Shown here piece after piece: positions 16,411-25,213 of a stretch of 64,000 nt of DNA (its first letter is position 1; each line of letters begins with the position of its first letter). Made by a program: the position numbers and the translations under genes. The stretch lies in the NCBI GenBank assembly GCA_017459925.1, contig JAFUCC010000002.1, forward strand, positions 24,400 through 88,399. Direction: 5' to 3'. A model generated the notes under the pieces. It searched no databases. It worked only from the letters and a program-made list of their open reading frames with translations, and was not told the origin of the DNA. Origin of the DNA: Eggerthellaceae bacterium. GTDB taxonomy: Bacteria; Actinomycetota; Coriobacteriia; Coriobacteriales; Eggerthellaceae.

Positions 16411-16884
16411 ATGGACGAAACTGGAGTTTTGGGTCTGCTCGACGAGCTTTCCATCCTGCTCGAAGATTCTAAGCCGGTCGGGTTCGGCCGTAACAACAAC
16501 CTGCGCCAGGTCGATATCGCCGCCGCGTTCGAGATCATGGACGACATCCGCGACACGTTCCCGAGCGAATTCGCGCAGGCGCGCCAGATCGTGCGCGAAC
16601 GCCAGGGCTTGCTCGACGATGCCGACGCCGAGGCTAACCGCATGGTCGAAGATGCGCGTTCGCAGGCCATGACCATCGCCAGCGAGCAGGAGATCGTCCG
16701 CATCTCCCAGCAGCAGGCAGACCAGATCATGGCTGACGCCCGCGAGCTCGAGCGCCAGACGCGCGCTGGGGCGGAAGATTACGCCGACGAAGTGTTCAGC
16801 CATGTCGAGCAGAGCCTCGATACGCTGCTGAACAACGTGCGCCGCTGCCGCGATCGCCTGAACGCGACGTCGCAGCTTCGCTAA
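16411..16884 (+). CDS. hypothetical coiled-coil protein (ATPase subunit b/H-like)
   Basis: 157 aa, strongly helical/charged sequence, good codon bias, directly upstream of yceD; no catalytic motif recognised. Confidence 0.6.
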   Translation: MDETGVLGLLDELSILLEDSKPVGFGRNNNLRQVDIAAAFEIMDDIRDTFPSEFAQARQIVRERQGLLDDADAEANRMVEDARSQAMTIASEQEIVRISQQQADQIMADARELERQTRAGAEDYADEVFSHVEQSLDTLLNNVRRCRDRLNATSQLR

Positions 16885-16891
16885 GCGATTC

Positions 16892-17452
16892 ATGTCTGAA
16901 ACAACCATCAAGATACCTGCGGAACTCTTCGCTTTGGCGGAGAGTTCCCATTTTGAGGGCGCGTACGATTTGCCGGAGCTTGCGATAGGCCCTGACGACT
17001 ACGTGTTCGCAGGGCCCCTTGCCTGGCAAGTCGACATCACGAACACCGGCTCGGCGCTTCTCGTGGAAGGAAGCATTGCGGGAGAGGGCACATGCGCTTG
17101 CTCGCGCTGCCTCGAAGATGTCAGCCACGATTTCCAAGGCACGGTCGAGGGGTATTTCCTCATCGGCGATGCGGGCAATGCGTTCGACGAGGACGAAGAG
17201 GAAATTGGGGAAGACGAGTTCGAGGTGCTTCCCGACGACCACATGCTCGACCTCGCGCCGCTCTTGCAAGCCGCGCTCGTCATCGACGCGCCCGACATGC
17301 CCTTGTGCCGCGAAGACTGCGCGGGCTTGTGCCCCCAATGCGGCGCAAATCTCAACGAAGGCGATTGTGGCTGTGGGGAAGACCCCGAACTAGCGGCGTT
17401 CGAGCAAGAAGCCAACCCGTTCTCCGCCCTCGCAAACTTCAAGTTCGAATGA
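16892..17452 (+). CDS. yceD: DUF177/YceD family protein
   Basis: CSRCLEDV ... CREDCAGLCPQCGANLNEGDCGC Cys clusters; classical position upstream of rpmF-plsX. Confidence 0.85.
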   Translation: MSETTIKIPAELFALAESSHFEGAYDLPELAIGPDDYVFAGPLAWQVDITNTGSALLVEGSIAGEGTCACSRCLEDVSHDFQGTVEGYFLIGDAGNAFDEDEEEIGEDEFEVLPDDHMLDLAPLLQAALVIDAPDMPLCREDCAGLCPQCGANLNEGDCGCGEDPELAAFEQEANPFSALANFKFE

Positions 17453-17559
17453 GTAGCAGAATGAGTAGCAGGACGTTCCTGCTACTCATTTTCTCAGAGT
17501 GCTCCAACTCTTGGACCCGCTTACTGGAAATGAGTAGCAGGAACGTCCTGCTACTCATT
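17448..17559. repeat. family-B paired palindrome (copy B1)
   Basis: Half unit AATGAGTAGCAG (17448-17459), then AATGAGTAGCAGGACGTTCCTGCTACTCATT (17460-17490), and its exact reverse complement at 17529-17559; 38-nt spacer; overlaps yceD stop. Confidence 0.95.
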
Positions 17560-17598
17560 CGCGTCTTTGAGAAGTTTTGATGGGGACGGAATACCTGC

Positions 17599-17627
17599 TT
17601 GAACAGTGGTGGGCTGTTTGCTACTAT
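17599..17627 (+). promoter_or_regulatory. sigma-70-type promoter for rpmF-plsX
   Basis: TTGAAC-17 nt-TACTAT, ~70 nt upstream of rpmF ATG. Confidence 0.55.
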
Positions 17628-17695
17628 ACCGTTTTGCGTGTTTACAACGTGAACGCCGTATTTCGATACGAATACATAGAAGGAGCTTGAGGAAC

Positions 17696-17875
17696 ATGGC
17701 AGTACCTAAACAACGAATGGGTCGTATCCGCACTCATACCCGTCGCAGCACCCACGACCGCATCGACGCCCCTGCGCGTAGCACCTGCCCGCAGTGCGGC
17801 GAGGCTAAGCTGCCGCATCGCGTGTGCCCGAACTGCGGCTACTACAAGAACCGTGAAATCGTCGAGACCGAATAA
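17696..17875 (+). CDS. rpmF: 50S ribosomal protein L32
   Basis: MAVPKQRMGRIRTHTRRS..., zinc ribbon CPQCG...CPNCG; GAAGGAG RBS. Confidence 0.95.
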   Translation: MAVPKQRMGRIRTHTRRSTHDRIDAPARSTCPQCGEAKLPHRVCPNCGYYKNREIVETE

Positions 17876-17896
17876 CGCGACGAAACAGGGTATGCT

Positions 17897-17930
17897 GAGA
17901 GCCTTCCGTTAGCGCGGAGGGCTCTTTTAT
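17897..17930 (+). terminator. intrinsic terminator after rpmF
   Basis: GAGAGCCTTCCG-ttagcg-CGGAGGGCTCT followed by TTTTATT. Confidence 0.65.
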
Positions 17931-17989
17931 TAGGTTGGAAATGTCGAGCACAGAAGCTCCCCTCGGGAGCCTGAGGCGAGGAGGCAGGC

Positions 17990-18979
17990 ATGGCAGATAA
18001 GGTTACGATTTCCGTCGACGCCCTTGGCGGTGACAACGCCCCGAAGGTAGTGCTCGAAGGCGTCGAACAAGCGCTTGCCGAAGATGGAGACCTTTCGGTC
18101 ATCCTGTGCGGGCCTGCTGAAGTCGTCGAGCCTTTTGCCGCCGCGCATGATAGGTGCGTTGCGCGTGCGACGACCGAGGAGATCTCGATGGCCGAGCATC
18201 CTGCAAACGCCGTTCGCAAGAAAAAGGATTCGTCGATTGTGGTGGGGTGCCGCCTCGTGAAAGAAGGGGAGGCCCAAGGTTTCTTCTCTGCGGGCTCCAC
18301 GGGGGCCTGCCTTGCCGCCGGCACGCTCGTCATAGGGCGTATCAAGGGGGTGGCGCGTCCTGCGCTCGCAACGCTCGTGCCGTCTCCGGCAAAGCCCGTC
18401 GTGCTGTGCGATGTCGGAGCTAACGCCGACTGCAAGCCCGAATACCTCGTGCAGTTCGCTGAAATGGCAAGCATTTACGCCCGCAAGATCCTCGGCGTCG
18501 CAGACCCCAAGGTGGGTTTGCTGAACATCGGCGAGGAAGAGGAGAAGGGCTCGCAATTCGCACAGGAAGCGCATGCGCTGCTCAAGGAGAAGGTTGCGAA
18601 CTTCGGCGGCAATGCGGAGGGCCGAGATGTCATGGATGGCCCGTTCGACGTCGTCGTGTGCGACGGGTTCACCGGCAACGTCTGCCTGAAGACCATCGAG
18701 GGTACGGCGAAGGTGCTGTTCGGCGAGTTGAAGTCGATCATGATGTCGTCGCTTAAGACCAAGCTCGGGGCCATGGCCCTTAAAGGCGGCCTGAAGGGGC
18801 TCATGGGCAAGATCGATCCAGACGCCATGGGCGGCGCGCCGCTCCTCGGCTGCAAAGGCGCCTGCATCGTCGGCCATGGTTCCTCGAATGCGCGCGCTAT
18901 TAAAAACGGCGTTCTGGCGTCGGCCGCTTACGTTCGCTCGGGCGTTAGTGAATTAATCGCGGAAGCCGTGCAAAAGTAA
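17990..18979 (+). CDS. plsX: phosphate acyltransferase PlsX
   Basis: ISVDALGGDNAP, GLLNIGEEEEKG, DVVVCDGFTGNVCLK. Confidence 0.95.
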   Translation: MADKVTISVDALGGDNAPKVVLEGVEQALAEDGDLSVILCGPAEVVEPFAAAHDRCVARATTEEISMAEHPANAVRKKKDSSIVVGCRLVKEGEAQGFFSAGSTGACLAAGTLVIGRIKGVARPALATLVPSPAKPVVLCDVGANADCKPEYLVQFAEMASIYARKILGVADPKVGLLNIGEEEEKGSQFAQEAHALLKEKVANFGGNAEGRDVMDGPFDVVVCDGFTGNVCLKTIEGTAKVLFGELKSIMMSSLKTKLGAMALKGGLKGLMGKIDPDAMGGAPLLGCKGACIVGHGSSNARAIKNGVLASAAYVRSGVSELIAEAVQK

Positions 18980-19134
18980 GCCCGCTCCCTTACTTTCAAG
19001 TACAATACGGAAATGCGCAACCGGCATGGCCGGTGGCGTAAGCATGCACGGAATCGCGAGTAACATGGCCGAAGCGCACGCACGGCGCGCCCTTCGTCCA
19101 GGTTGATTCGCAGGCACTATGCTCGAATCGAGGC

Positions 19135-20058
19135 TTGGATAACTTGAACGAAGAACAGCGAAAGAAATTCGAGAAGGCGCAAGCCATCATCGGATACGAA
19201 TTCAAAGACCCGCAGTACCTCCTTTCCGCCATTACGCATCCGTCAGCGAACGAGGGCCGCTCCATTAGGTTTTCGTACGAGCGCCTGGAGTTCTTGGGCG
19301 ATAGCGTGCTCGGCGGCATCGTGGCGTCGGCCGCTTTCAACCGTTTCCATCAACTTGACGAAGGCGGTTTGACGCGCGTGAAGGTGGCACTCGTATCGGG
19401 GTCGAGCCTTGCCGACGTGGCTGAAGGGCTCGGTTTCGCCGACGTCATCGTGTTCGGCTCATCAGAGCAGGGCACGGGCCGCCGCGGTCTTCATTCCGCT
19501 TTGGAAAACGTGTACGAGGCGGTGGTCGCTGCCTTGTACCTCGACGGCGGCCTCGAAGCAGCGGAGCGGTTCGTCGAGAGCACGCTCATAAAGCGCATGT
19601 CCATAGATTTGGCGCGCGAGCCCGAGAATCCCAAGAGCGCGCTGCAGGAAAAGCTGCAGGAAGACGGCATCACGCCGACGTACAAGCTCGTGGAGACGCA
19701 GGGTCCCCCGCATGACCGCACGTTCGTCGCGCAAGTGTTCGCGGGCGACCAGGGCCTCGCGCAAGGTACGGGCCGCACGAAGAAGGAAGCCGAAAGCCAG
19801 GCCGCGAAGAGCACCTTGGCCCGTTTAGGCGAGTTCTTCGGATTGGGCCTTTCCGATGACGAGCGGCTCGAGCGTGTAACCGCGCAGCAGCAGGCCAAGG
19901 CCGAGAAGGTCATCTCGCAGGCTCAGGCGACCATCGACAAGGTATCCGCGCAGCAGCAGGCCAAGGCAGAGAAGGCAGCCGCGCGTGCTGCCGAGCGAAT
20001 CCAGGCCGAGCGCAAGAAGTCCGAACGTCGCCAGCGCGGCGCCGACGACGAGGGCTAA
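19135..20058 (+). CDS. rnc: ribonuclease III with ~70 aa Lys/Ala/Gln-rich C-terminal extension
   Basis: RNase III signature ERLEFLGDSVLG, dsRBD GPPHDRTFVAQV...GTGRTKKEAESQAAK; TTG start assumed (no in-frame ATG nearby). Confidence 0.88.
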   Translation: MDNLNEEQRKKFEKAQAIIGYEFKDPQYLLSAITHPSANEGRSIRFSYERLEFLGDSVLGGIVASAAFNRFHQLDEGGLTRVKVALVSGSSLADVAEGLGFADVIVFGSSEQGTGRRGLHSALENVYEAVVAALYLDGGLEAAERFVESTLIKRMSIDLAREPENPKSALQEKLQEDGITPTYKLVETQGPPHDRTFVAQVFAGDQGLAQGTGRTKKEAESQAAKSTLARLGEFFGLGLSDDERLERVTAQQQAKAEKVISQAQATIDKVSAQQQAKAEKAAARAAERIQAERKKSERRQRGADDEG

Positions 20059-20067
20059 GGTGGAACC

Positions 20068-23000
20068 GTGTATCTGAAGTCGCTCGTCCTGAAGGGGTTC
20101 AAGTCGTTTGCAGACCGCAGCGTCCTGTCGCTCGAACCGGGCATCACGGCCATCGTCGGTCCCAACGGCTCGGGCAAGTCGAACATATCGGACGCTGTCC
20201 TGTGGGTGCTCGGCGAGCGCAATGCGCGCAACTTGCGCGGCCAAGCGATGGAAGACATCATCTTCTCGGGCTCAGCTGCCCGCAAGGCGGTTTCAGTGGC
20301 CGAAGTCGACCTGGTGCTCGACAATTCGGATCACACGCTTCCCGTTGAATTCGACGAGGTCGTCATCACGCGGCGCATGTTCAGGTCGGGAGAGTCGGAA
20401 TACCTCGTGAACGGCGTCGTCTCACGACGCCTCGACGTGCTCGACATCCTGCATGACACCGGATTGGGGACGGGCACTCATTCCATCATCTCGCAGGGAA
20501 GCCTCGATTCCATCCTCCAATCGAAACCCGAGGACCGCCGTGCGCTCATCGAGGAAGCGGCGGGCGTTCTCAAGCACAAGCAGCGTAAGGAGAAATCCGC
20601 GCGCAAGCTCGCTTCGATGGATAACCATCTCGCGCGCGTGCGGGATGTGGCTGGCGAGGTCGCCCGTCAGCTTGGCCCGCTCGAGCGGAAGGCCAAGCGC
20701 GCTGCTGCCTACCAGGAAGCCCACGCTTCGCTTACCGAGCTGAAGCTTGCGTTGGCAGTCGACGACCTGCGTCGGCTGCAACGCGAATGGGATGCCATTT
20801 GCTCCGCCGAGAAGCAGGCGAACGCCGAAATCGAGGCGCGTCGCGCGAGCGTCACATCTGCTGAGCAAAGGGTGAACGACCTGCAAGAGCTGATCAGGCG
20901 CGAGTCGGAAGACGCCGGCGAGCTCTCTCGTAAGCACCGAAGGGCCGAGAACCTTGCTGAAAGGCTCGACAGCGCTGACATGCTGGTGCGCGAGCGCCGC
21001 CGCGCGGCCATCGGATACGAGGCCGACATGCGCACATCGCTCGATGGTTCCGAAACGCGCAGGGCCGATGCGCTGCGCGAACTGGAAAGCGCGCAAGCGC
21101 AGCTTGCCGAAGTAAGCGAGTCGTGCTCCTTGGCTGACAAGAGGGTCGATGAGCTGGCGGGCGAGCGCGCGGCGATCGACGAAAAGCGCCGTGCAGTCGA
21201 AGCGCGCTTAGAAGAGCTCGTGGTAGCTGTGCGTGCGTGCGAGCAAGCTGCTGACGAGGCTAAGAGGAACAAGGCGCTGCTGCAGGAAAGCCTCTCGAAC
21301 GGTCTTGCGCATGTGAAGCTCGTTGAAGCCCGCAACGTCGAGCTTGGCGCCGACGTCGAGCGCGCCCGCGAGGAATACGAAAAGCGATCCGCAGACACGA
21401 AAGCGGCAAAAGACGCGCTCGACGATCTAGAGAAACGCGAAGCCGTTGCGCAGGAAGCCGTGGTGGCGCGGTTTACCGATCGTGAGCAAGCCCGCGAGGC
21501 GCGCGAGCGTTCTGAAGAGGCCGTGCGTCTCATCGAATCGGAAATACGCGTGCTCGAGCAGGCACGTCGTGCTGCAAGCGAAGACGATCCGGCGTTGGTG
21601 TGGCTCATGGACAACGCCGAACGGTTCGGGGGAGTCCCCGTTGCCCAGACGGTGAAGGCGTCAGCGGGAATCGAGAGCCTCGTCGAGCGGTTGCTCGGCG
21701 ACGACGTCGCCGCGCTTGCGGTCGAGGACCCGCAGCGCGCTGAAGAAGTGGCATCGGCCATCATCGACGGAGCGTTGTCGGGCGACGTTACCATGGTTGC
21801 GCGCTCTGACGCAGGAGCGAAGCGCGCCGTTGCCGCACGCGCTTCGAGCGTCGGTCATCCGCTGGTCGACGATCTCGTGTATTCCGAGCAGGCGGCTCCT
21901 GTCATCGAGGCGCTTTTGGGCGACGTCGTCGTGTGCAAGACGCGCGAAGAGGCGTTCGCCGCGCACGTAAACGATAAAGAAGGCTTGCGTTTCGTATCGC
22001 CCGATGGGTGCGCGATTTGGCCTAACGGCAAGGTACGCGTATACGGCGCCGCCGCTTCTGGCGACGAGGGCGTGCTTGCGCGCGAACGTCATCTCGACGA
22101 ATTAAGGGAGCGGCTCGAGAAGGCCGTTGAAGAACGCGGTGCCGCAACGAAGGCTTCCGAGGCCGCCGAAGAGGCGTACCGCGAAGCGCAGGCGGCAGGC
22201 CTGAAGTTGAGCCAGGAACTTGCGAATGGCAAGGGCGTGCATGCAGCTGCCGCCGCCGAGGAAGAACGCGCCAAGGTGCGCATGTCGGCGGTTGCGAATG
22301 AATTGGAAGACCTGACATACCAGCTCGACACGGCGCGCAAGTCGGTCGAGGACCTTCGCCCCGACCTCGAGGCATGCACGAAGCAGCTCGAGGAGCACGA
22401 GGCCAAGCACGCCGAGCTTGTGAAAGAGCGCGATGAGCGCACAAGCGAGGCGGAACCGCTTCGCGGGGAGGCTGCCCGCATCGCAGAGCAGCTGTCCGAG
22501 GCGAAGCTATCAGCTGCCACGTTCGCCGAGCGCAGGACGTATGCCGAGCGCATCGTCGTTGCCCGCCAGCGCGATATCGAGACGATCGACTCTGCCGCGG
22601 TGGAAGCCCGCAAGTCCCTCGCCGTGAAGGCGGCTGCGGCGAAACGAGGCGAAGAGCTGCTCGAGGTATTCGCGCGGCTGTCTGCCGGCATGCAGCGACG
22701 CGTCAAGGTGCTCGACGATGCCGTGAGCGCTTCGGAATCGTCTTCGAGCACGGTTCATTCCGACGCCGCTGAAGCGCGCGATGCGGCGCGCAAGGCTCAT
22801 GACGATTACGATGCCGCGAGCGAGAGGGCCACTCAGGTCCGCGTGGAGAAGAGCCGCCTGGAAGTTCAGGTGGAAGCGGCCGTGAACGCCGTCGTCGTCG
22901 ATTTGGGCACGCCCCTTGACCGGGTCGAGGACCTGCCGCCCGTGGAAGACCGCGCAGCCGTCGAAGACGAAGTGTTCAAGCTGCAGCGTCGTATAAAGTC

Positions 23001-23616
23001 GATGGGGACCATCAACCCGGATGCCGCCGAAGAGTACGCTGCGCTCAAGGAACGATACGACTTCCTCGCGGGGCAGCTTGCCGATGTGGAAGCCGCACGT
23101 CGTTCGCTCGCTCGAATCGTGCGCGTCATCGACAACCGCATGAAGGACGATTTCGCTCGTACGTTTGAAGAGGTGAACGAAAACTTCAACGAGATCTTCG
23201 GCGTGCTGTTCCCCGGCGGGTCGGCATACCTGTCGCTCGTCGACCCGGACGACATAGACAATTCCGGTGTCGAAGTGACCGCCCAGCCCCGCGGCAAGCG
23301 CATCACCAAGATGATGCTCATGAGCGGCGGCGAGAAATCGCTCACGGCGCTCGCGTTGCTGTTTGCCGTGTACAAGACGCGCACGACCCCGTTCTACATC
23401 CTCGACGAGGTCGAAGCGGCGCTTGACGACACGAACCTGCGCCGCCTCACGTCCTACATCGACACGCTCCGCGAGACGACGCAGCTCATAATGATCACCC
23501 ATCAAAGGCGCACGATGGAAATGGCCGACGTGCTGTTCGGCGTTTCCATGCAAGCCGACGGAGTCACTCAAGTCATCAGCCAGAAACTCGAGCGCGCGCT
23601 CGAGCATGCGGAGTAG
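20068..23616 (+). CDS. smc: chromosome segregation protein SMC
   Basis: GTG start, MYLKSLVLKGFKSF, Walker A GPNGSGKSN, long coiled coils, signature LSGGEKSLTALALLFA, Walker B FYILDEVEAALDD. Confidence 0.96.
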   Translation: MYLKSLVLKGFKSFADRSVLSLEPGITAIVGPNGSGKSNISDAVLWVLGERNARNLRGQAMEDIIFSGSAARKAVSVAEVDLVLDNSDHTLPVEFDEVVITRRMFRSGESEYLVNGVVSRRLDVLDILHDTGLGTGTHSIISQGSLDSILQSKPEDRRALIEEAAGVLKHKQRKEKSARKLASMDNHLARVRDVAGEVARQLGPLERKAKRAAAYQEAHASLTELKLALAVDDLRRLQREWDAICSAEKQANAEIEARRASVTSAEQRVNDLQELIRRESEDAGELSRKHRRAENLAERLDSADMLVRERRRAAIGYEADMRTSLDGSETRRADALRELESAQAQLAEVSESCSLADKRVDELAGERAAIDEKRRAVEARLEELVVAVRACEQAADEAKRNKALLQESLSNGLAHVKLVEARNVELGADVERAREEYEKRSADTKAAKDALDDLEKREAVAQEAVVARFTDREQAREARERSEEAVRLIESEIRVLEQARRAASEDDPALVWLMDNAERFGGVPVAQTVKASAGIESLVERLLGDDVAALAVEDPQRAEEVASAIIDGALSGDVTMVARSDAGAKRAVAARASSVGHPLVDDLVYSEQAAPVIEALLGDVVVCKTREEAFAAHVNDKEGLRFVSPDGCAIWPNGKVRVYGAAASGDEGVLARERHLDELRERLEKAVEERGAATKASEAAEEAYREAQAAGLKLSQELANGKGVHAAAAAEEERAKVRMSAVANELEDLTYQLDTARKSVEDLRPDLEACTKQLEEHEAKHAELVKERDERTSEAEPLRGEAARIAEQLSEAKLSAATFAERRTYAERIVVARQRDIETIDSAAVEARKSLAVKAAAAKRGEELLEVFARLSAGMQRRVKVLDDAVSASESSSSTVHSDAAEARDAARKAHDDYDAASERATQVRVEKSRLEVQVEAAVNAVVVDLGTPLDRVEDLPPVEDRAAVEDEVFKLQRRIKSMGTINPDAAEEYAALKERYDFLAGQLADVEAARRSLARIVRVIDNRMKDDFARTFEEVNENFNEIFGVLFPGGSAYLSLVDPDDIDNSGVEVTAQPRGKRITKMMLMSGGEKSLTALALLFAVYKTRTTPFYILDEVEAALDDTNLRRLTSYIDTLRETTQLIMITHQRRTMEMADVLFGVSMQADGVTQVISQKLERALEHAE

Positions 23617-23626
23617 AGGAGGACGC

Positions 23627-24544
23627 ATGGGCCTGTTCAACCGCTTCAAGGAAGGGCTTTCGCGCACGCGCGAGGCGTTCCAAGAAGACGTTAACCTGCT
23701 GCTCGACCGCAGCCCCGACGTCGATGACGAGTTCTGGGACGGCCTCGAAGAGGCGCTCATCATGTCCGACATGGGCGGCTATTCGGCTTCCACCATCGTG
23801 GACAAGCTGCGCAGCGAAGCCACGCGCAAGGGTTACCGCACCGCGCGCGACGTGCTCGGGGCGCTTAACGAGGAAATTGCCGCCGAATTCGTGGAAGGCG
23901 GCGAGGAGATTCTCGGCGGAGCGCCTTCGATCGTGCTCTTCGTGGGCGTGAACGGCTCGGGCAAGACGACGACGACGGGCAAGATCGCGAAAGAGGCGAA
24001 GGATGCTGGCCGTACCGTCATCCTCGGATGCGGTGACACGTTCCGCGCTGCCGCCATCGAGCAGCTCGAGGTGTGGTCGAAGCGGGCAGACGTTGAGATT
24101 TGCGCACGCGAGCGCGGCAGCGATCCCGCCAGCGTGTGCTTCGAGACCATCGAGCGCGGCGAGGAAATCGGAGCCGATCTCGTGCTCATCGACACGGCGG
24201 GGCGCCTTCACACGTCCGCCGACCTCATGCGCGAGCTCGAGAAAGTTGTCGCCGTGGTGCGCAAACGCGCGAACCTACCCGTGCACCTCGTGCTCGTCAT
24301 CGATGCGACGACGGGCCAGAACGGCTTGCAGCAAGCCCGCGAATTCAACGATGCGCTCGATTTGGACGGCGTCATCATCACGAAGCTCGACGGCACGGCG
24401 AAAGGCGGCATAGCCGTCGCCGTGGCGCATTACCTGAAGCTGCCCATCATCAAGCTGGGAGTTGGCGAGGGACTCGAGGACCTGAAAGACTTCGACGCTC
24501 ATGAATACGCTGCCAGCCTCGTCGGCGATTTCGGACAGGAGTAG
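23627..24544 (+). CDS. ftsY: signal recognition particle receptor FtsY (short, NG domain only)
   Basis: GVNGSGKTTTTGKIA, DTAGRLH, ITKLDGTAKGG; ATG 23627 behind GGAGGA. Confidence 0.95.
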   Translation: MGLFNRFKEGLSRTREAFQEDVNLLLDRSPDVDDEFWDGLEEALIMSDMGGYSASTIVDKLRSEATRKGYRTARDVLGALNEEIAAEFVEGGEEILGGAPSIVLFVGVNGSGKTTTTGKIAKEAKDAGRTVILGCGDTFRAAAIEQLEVWSKRADVEICARERGSDPASVCFETIERGEEIGADLVLIDTAGRLHTSADLMRELEKVVAVVRKRANLPVHLVLVIDATTGQNGLQQAREFNDALDLDGVIITKLDGTAKGGIAVAVAHYLKLPIIKLGVGEGLEDLKDFDAHEYAASLVGDFGQE

Positions 24545-25021
24545 CTGCGGCGTTTAGGGGTGCTGACGTTGCCGCCTGCTCGCGGCCGTTCATAAGGTGC
24601 GCCATTCCGAACGAAGCGAGGAATCTCCCCGCGTAACTTCCGATTTTCGCCAATTGAACAACGCCATTGGCGAAAACAGAAGCTTACGCGTGATGCGAAA
24701 CCAGCATGAACTGTGGTTTTACTGGTGCCACCCTAAAGTCGCTATCGAAAATGCCCGCGCGACTTTGATTTTTCGCCATCGTGATTTGAATAATTGAGAA
24801 AACGACCGCGAAACCTCCGATTACCTCCAGTAGGAATTTCAGAATTGGGAATATGTCCGCGCAATCACGATTTCTTTCCAGCTTACGAGATATATCGGTT
24901 AATCCATAGGGGCACACGATGTACGACCGCTGTCGCAGTGGGCAAGAACTGTAGGGGCGTTCCTTGAGTGCGCACGATGCGAAATCGGGCTGAGGCTCAT
25001 CAATCTAAACCAAATTCCAGG

Positions 25022-25050
25022 TTGAGGAATCGGGAAGTCTCGTCTAGAAT
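25022..25050 (+). promoter_or_regulatory. candidate promoter of adhesin gene
   Basis: TTGAGG-17 nt-TAGAAT in AT-rich spacer, ~165 nt upstream of ATG 25214. Confidence 0.5.
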
Positions 25051-25117
25051 AATGCCTGCAAATCAAGCGAAAAGTGGGCTCGCAACCAAAAGACAAACGC
25101 ACGCGTGAGACACAACC

Positions 25118-25154
25118 CTGGCTGGAAGACAACCGGAAGGCGCCTTCCAGCCAG
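25118..25154 (+). promoter_or_regulatory. 11-bp stem hairpin in adhesin 5' leader
   Basis: CTGGCTGGAAG-15 nt loop-CTTCCAGCCAG followed by TGTTGTGGTGT. Confidence 0.5.
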
Positions 25155-25213
25155 TGTTGTGGTGTATGTGCGGTGGGAAAGCGGGCAAGGTAGCGACAGC
25201 AGGGGAGACTTTC

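Noticed and set aside
17460-17559. Family-B loci look like mini CRISPR arrays (29-31-nt repeats with 37-39-nt spacer).
   Set aside because: Only two units occur per locus. They are perfect as inverted copies but imperfect as direct copies. They occur at three scattered gene ends, and no cas genes or leader are present.
24597-24917. Small ORFs of 66 aa (+) and 77 aa (-) in the spacer after ftsY.
   Set aside because: They have no RBS, atypical composition, mutual overlap on opposite strands, and no recognisable motif. I treat them as non-coding, although the hairpin TTTTCGCCAAT-N11-ATTGGCGAAAA (24644-24676) is real.
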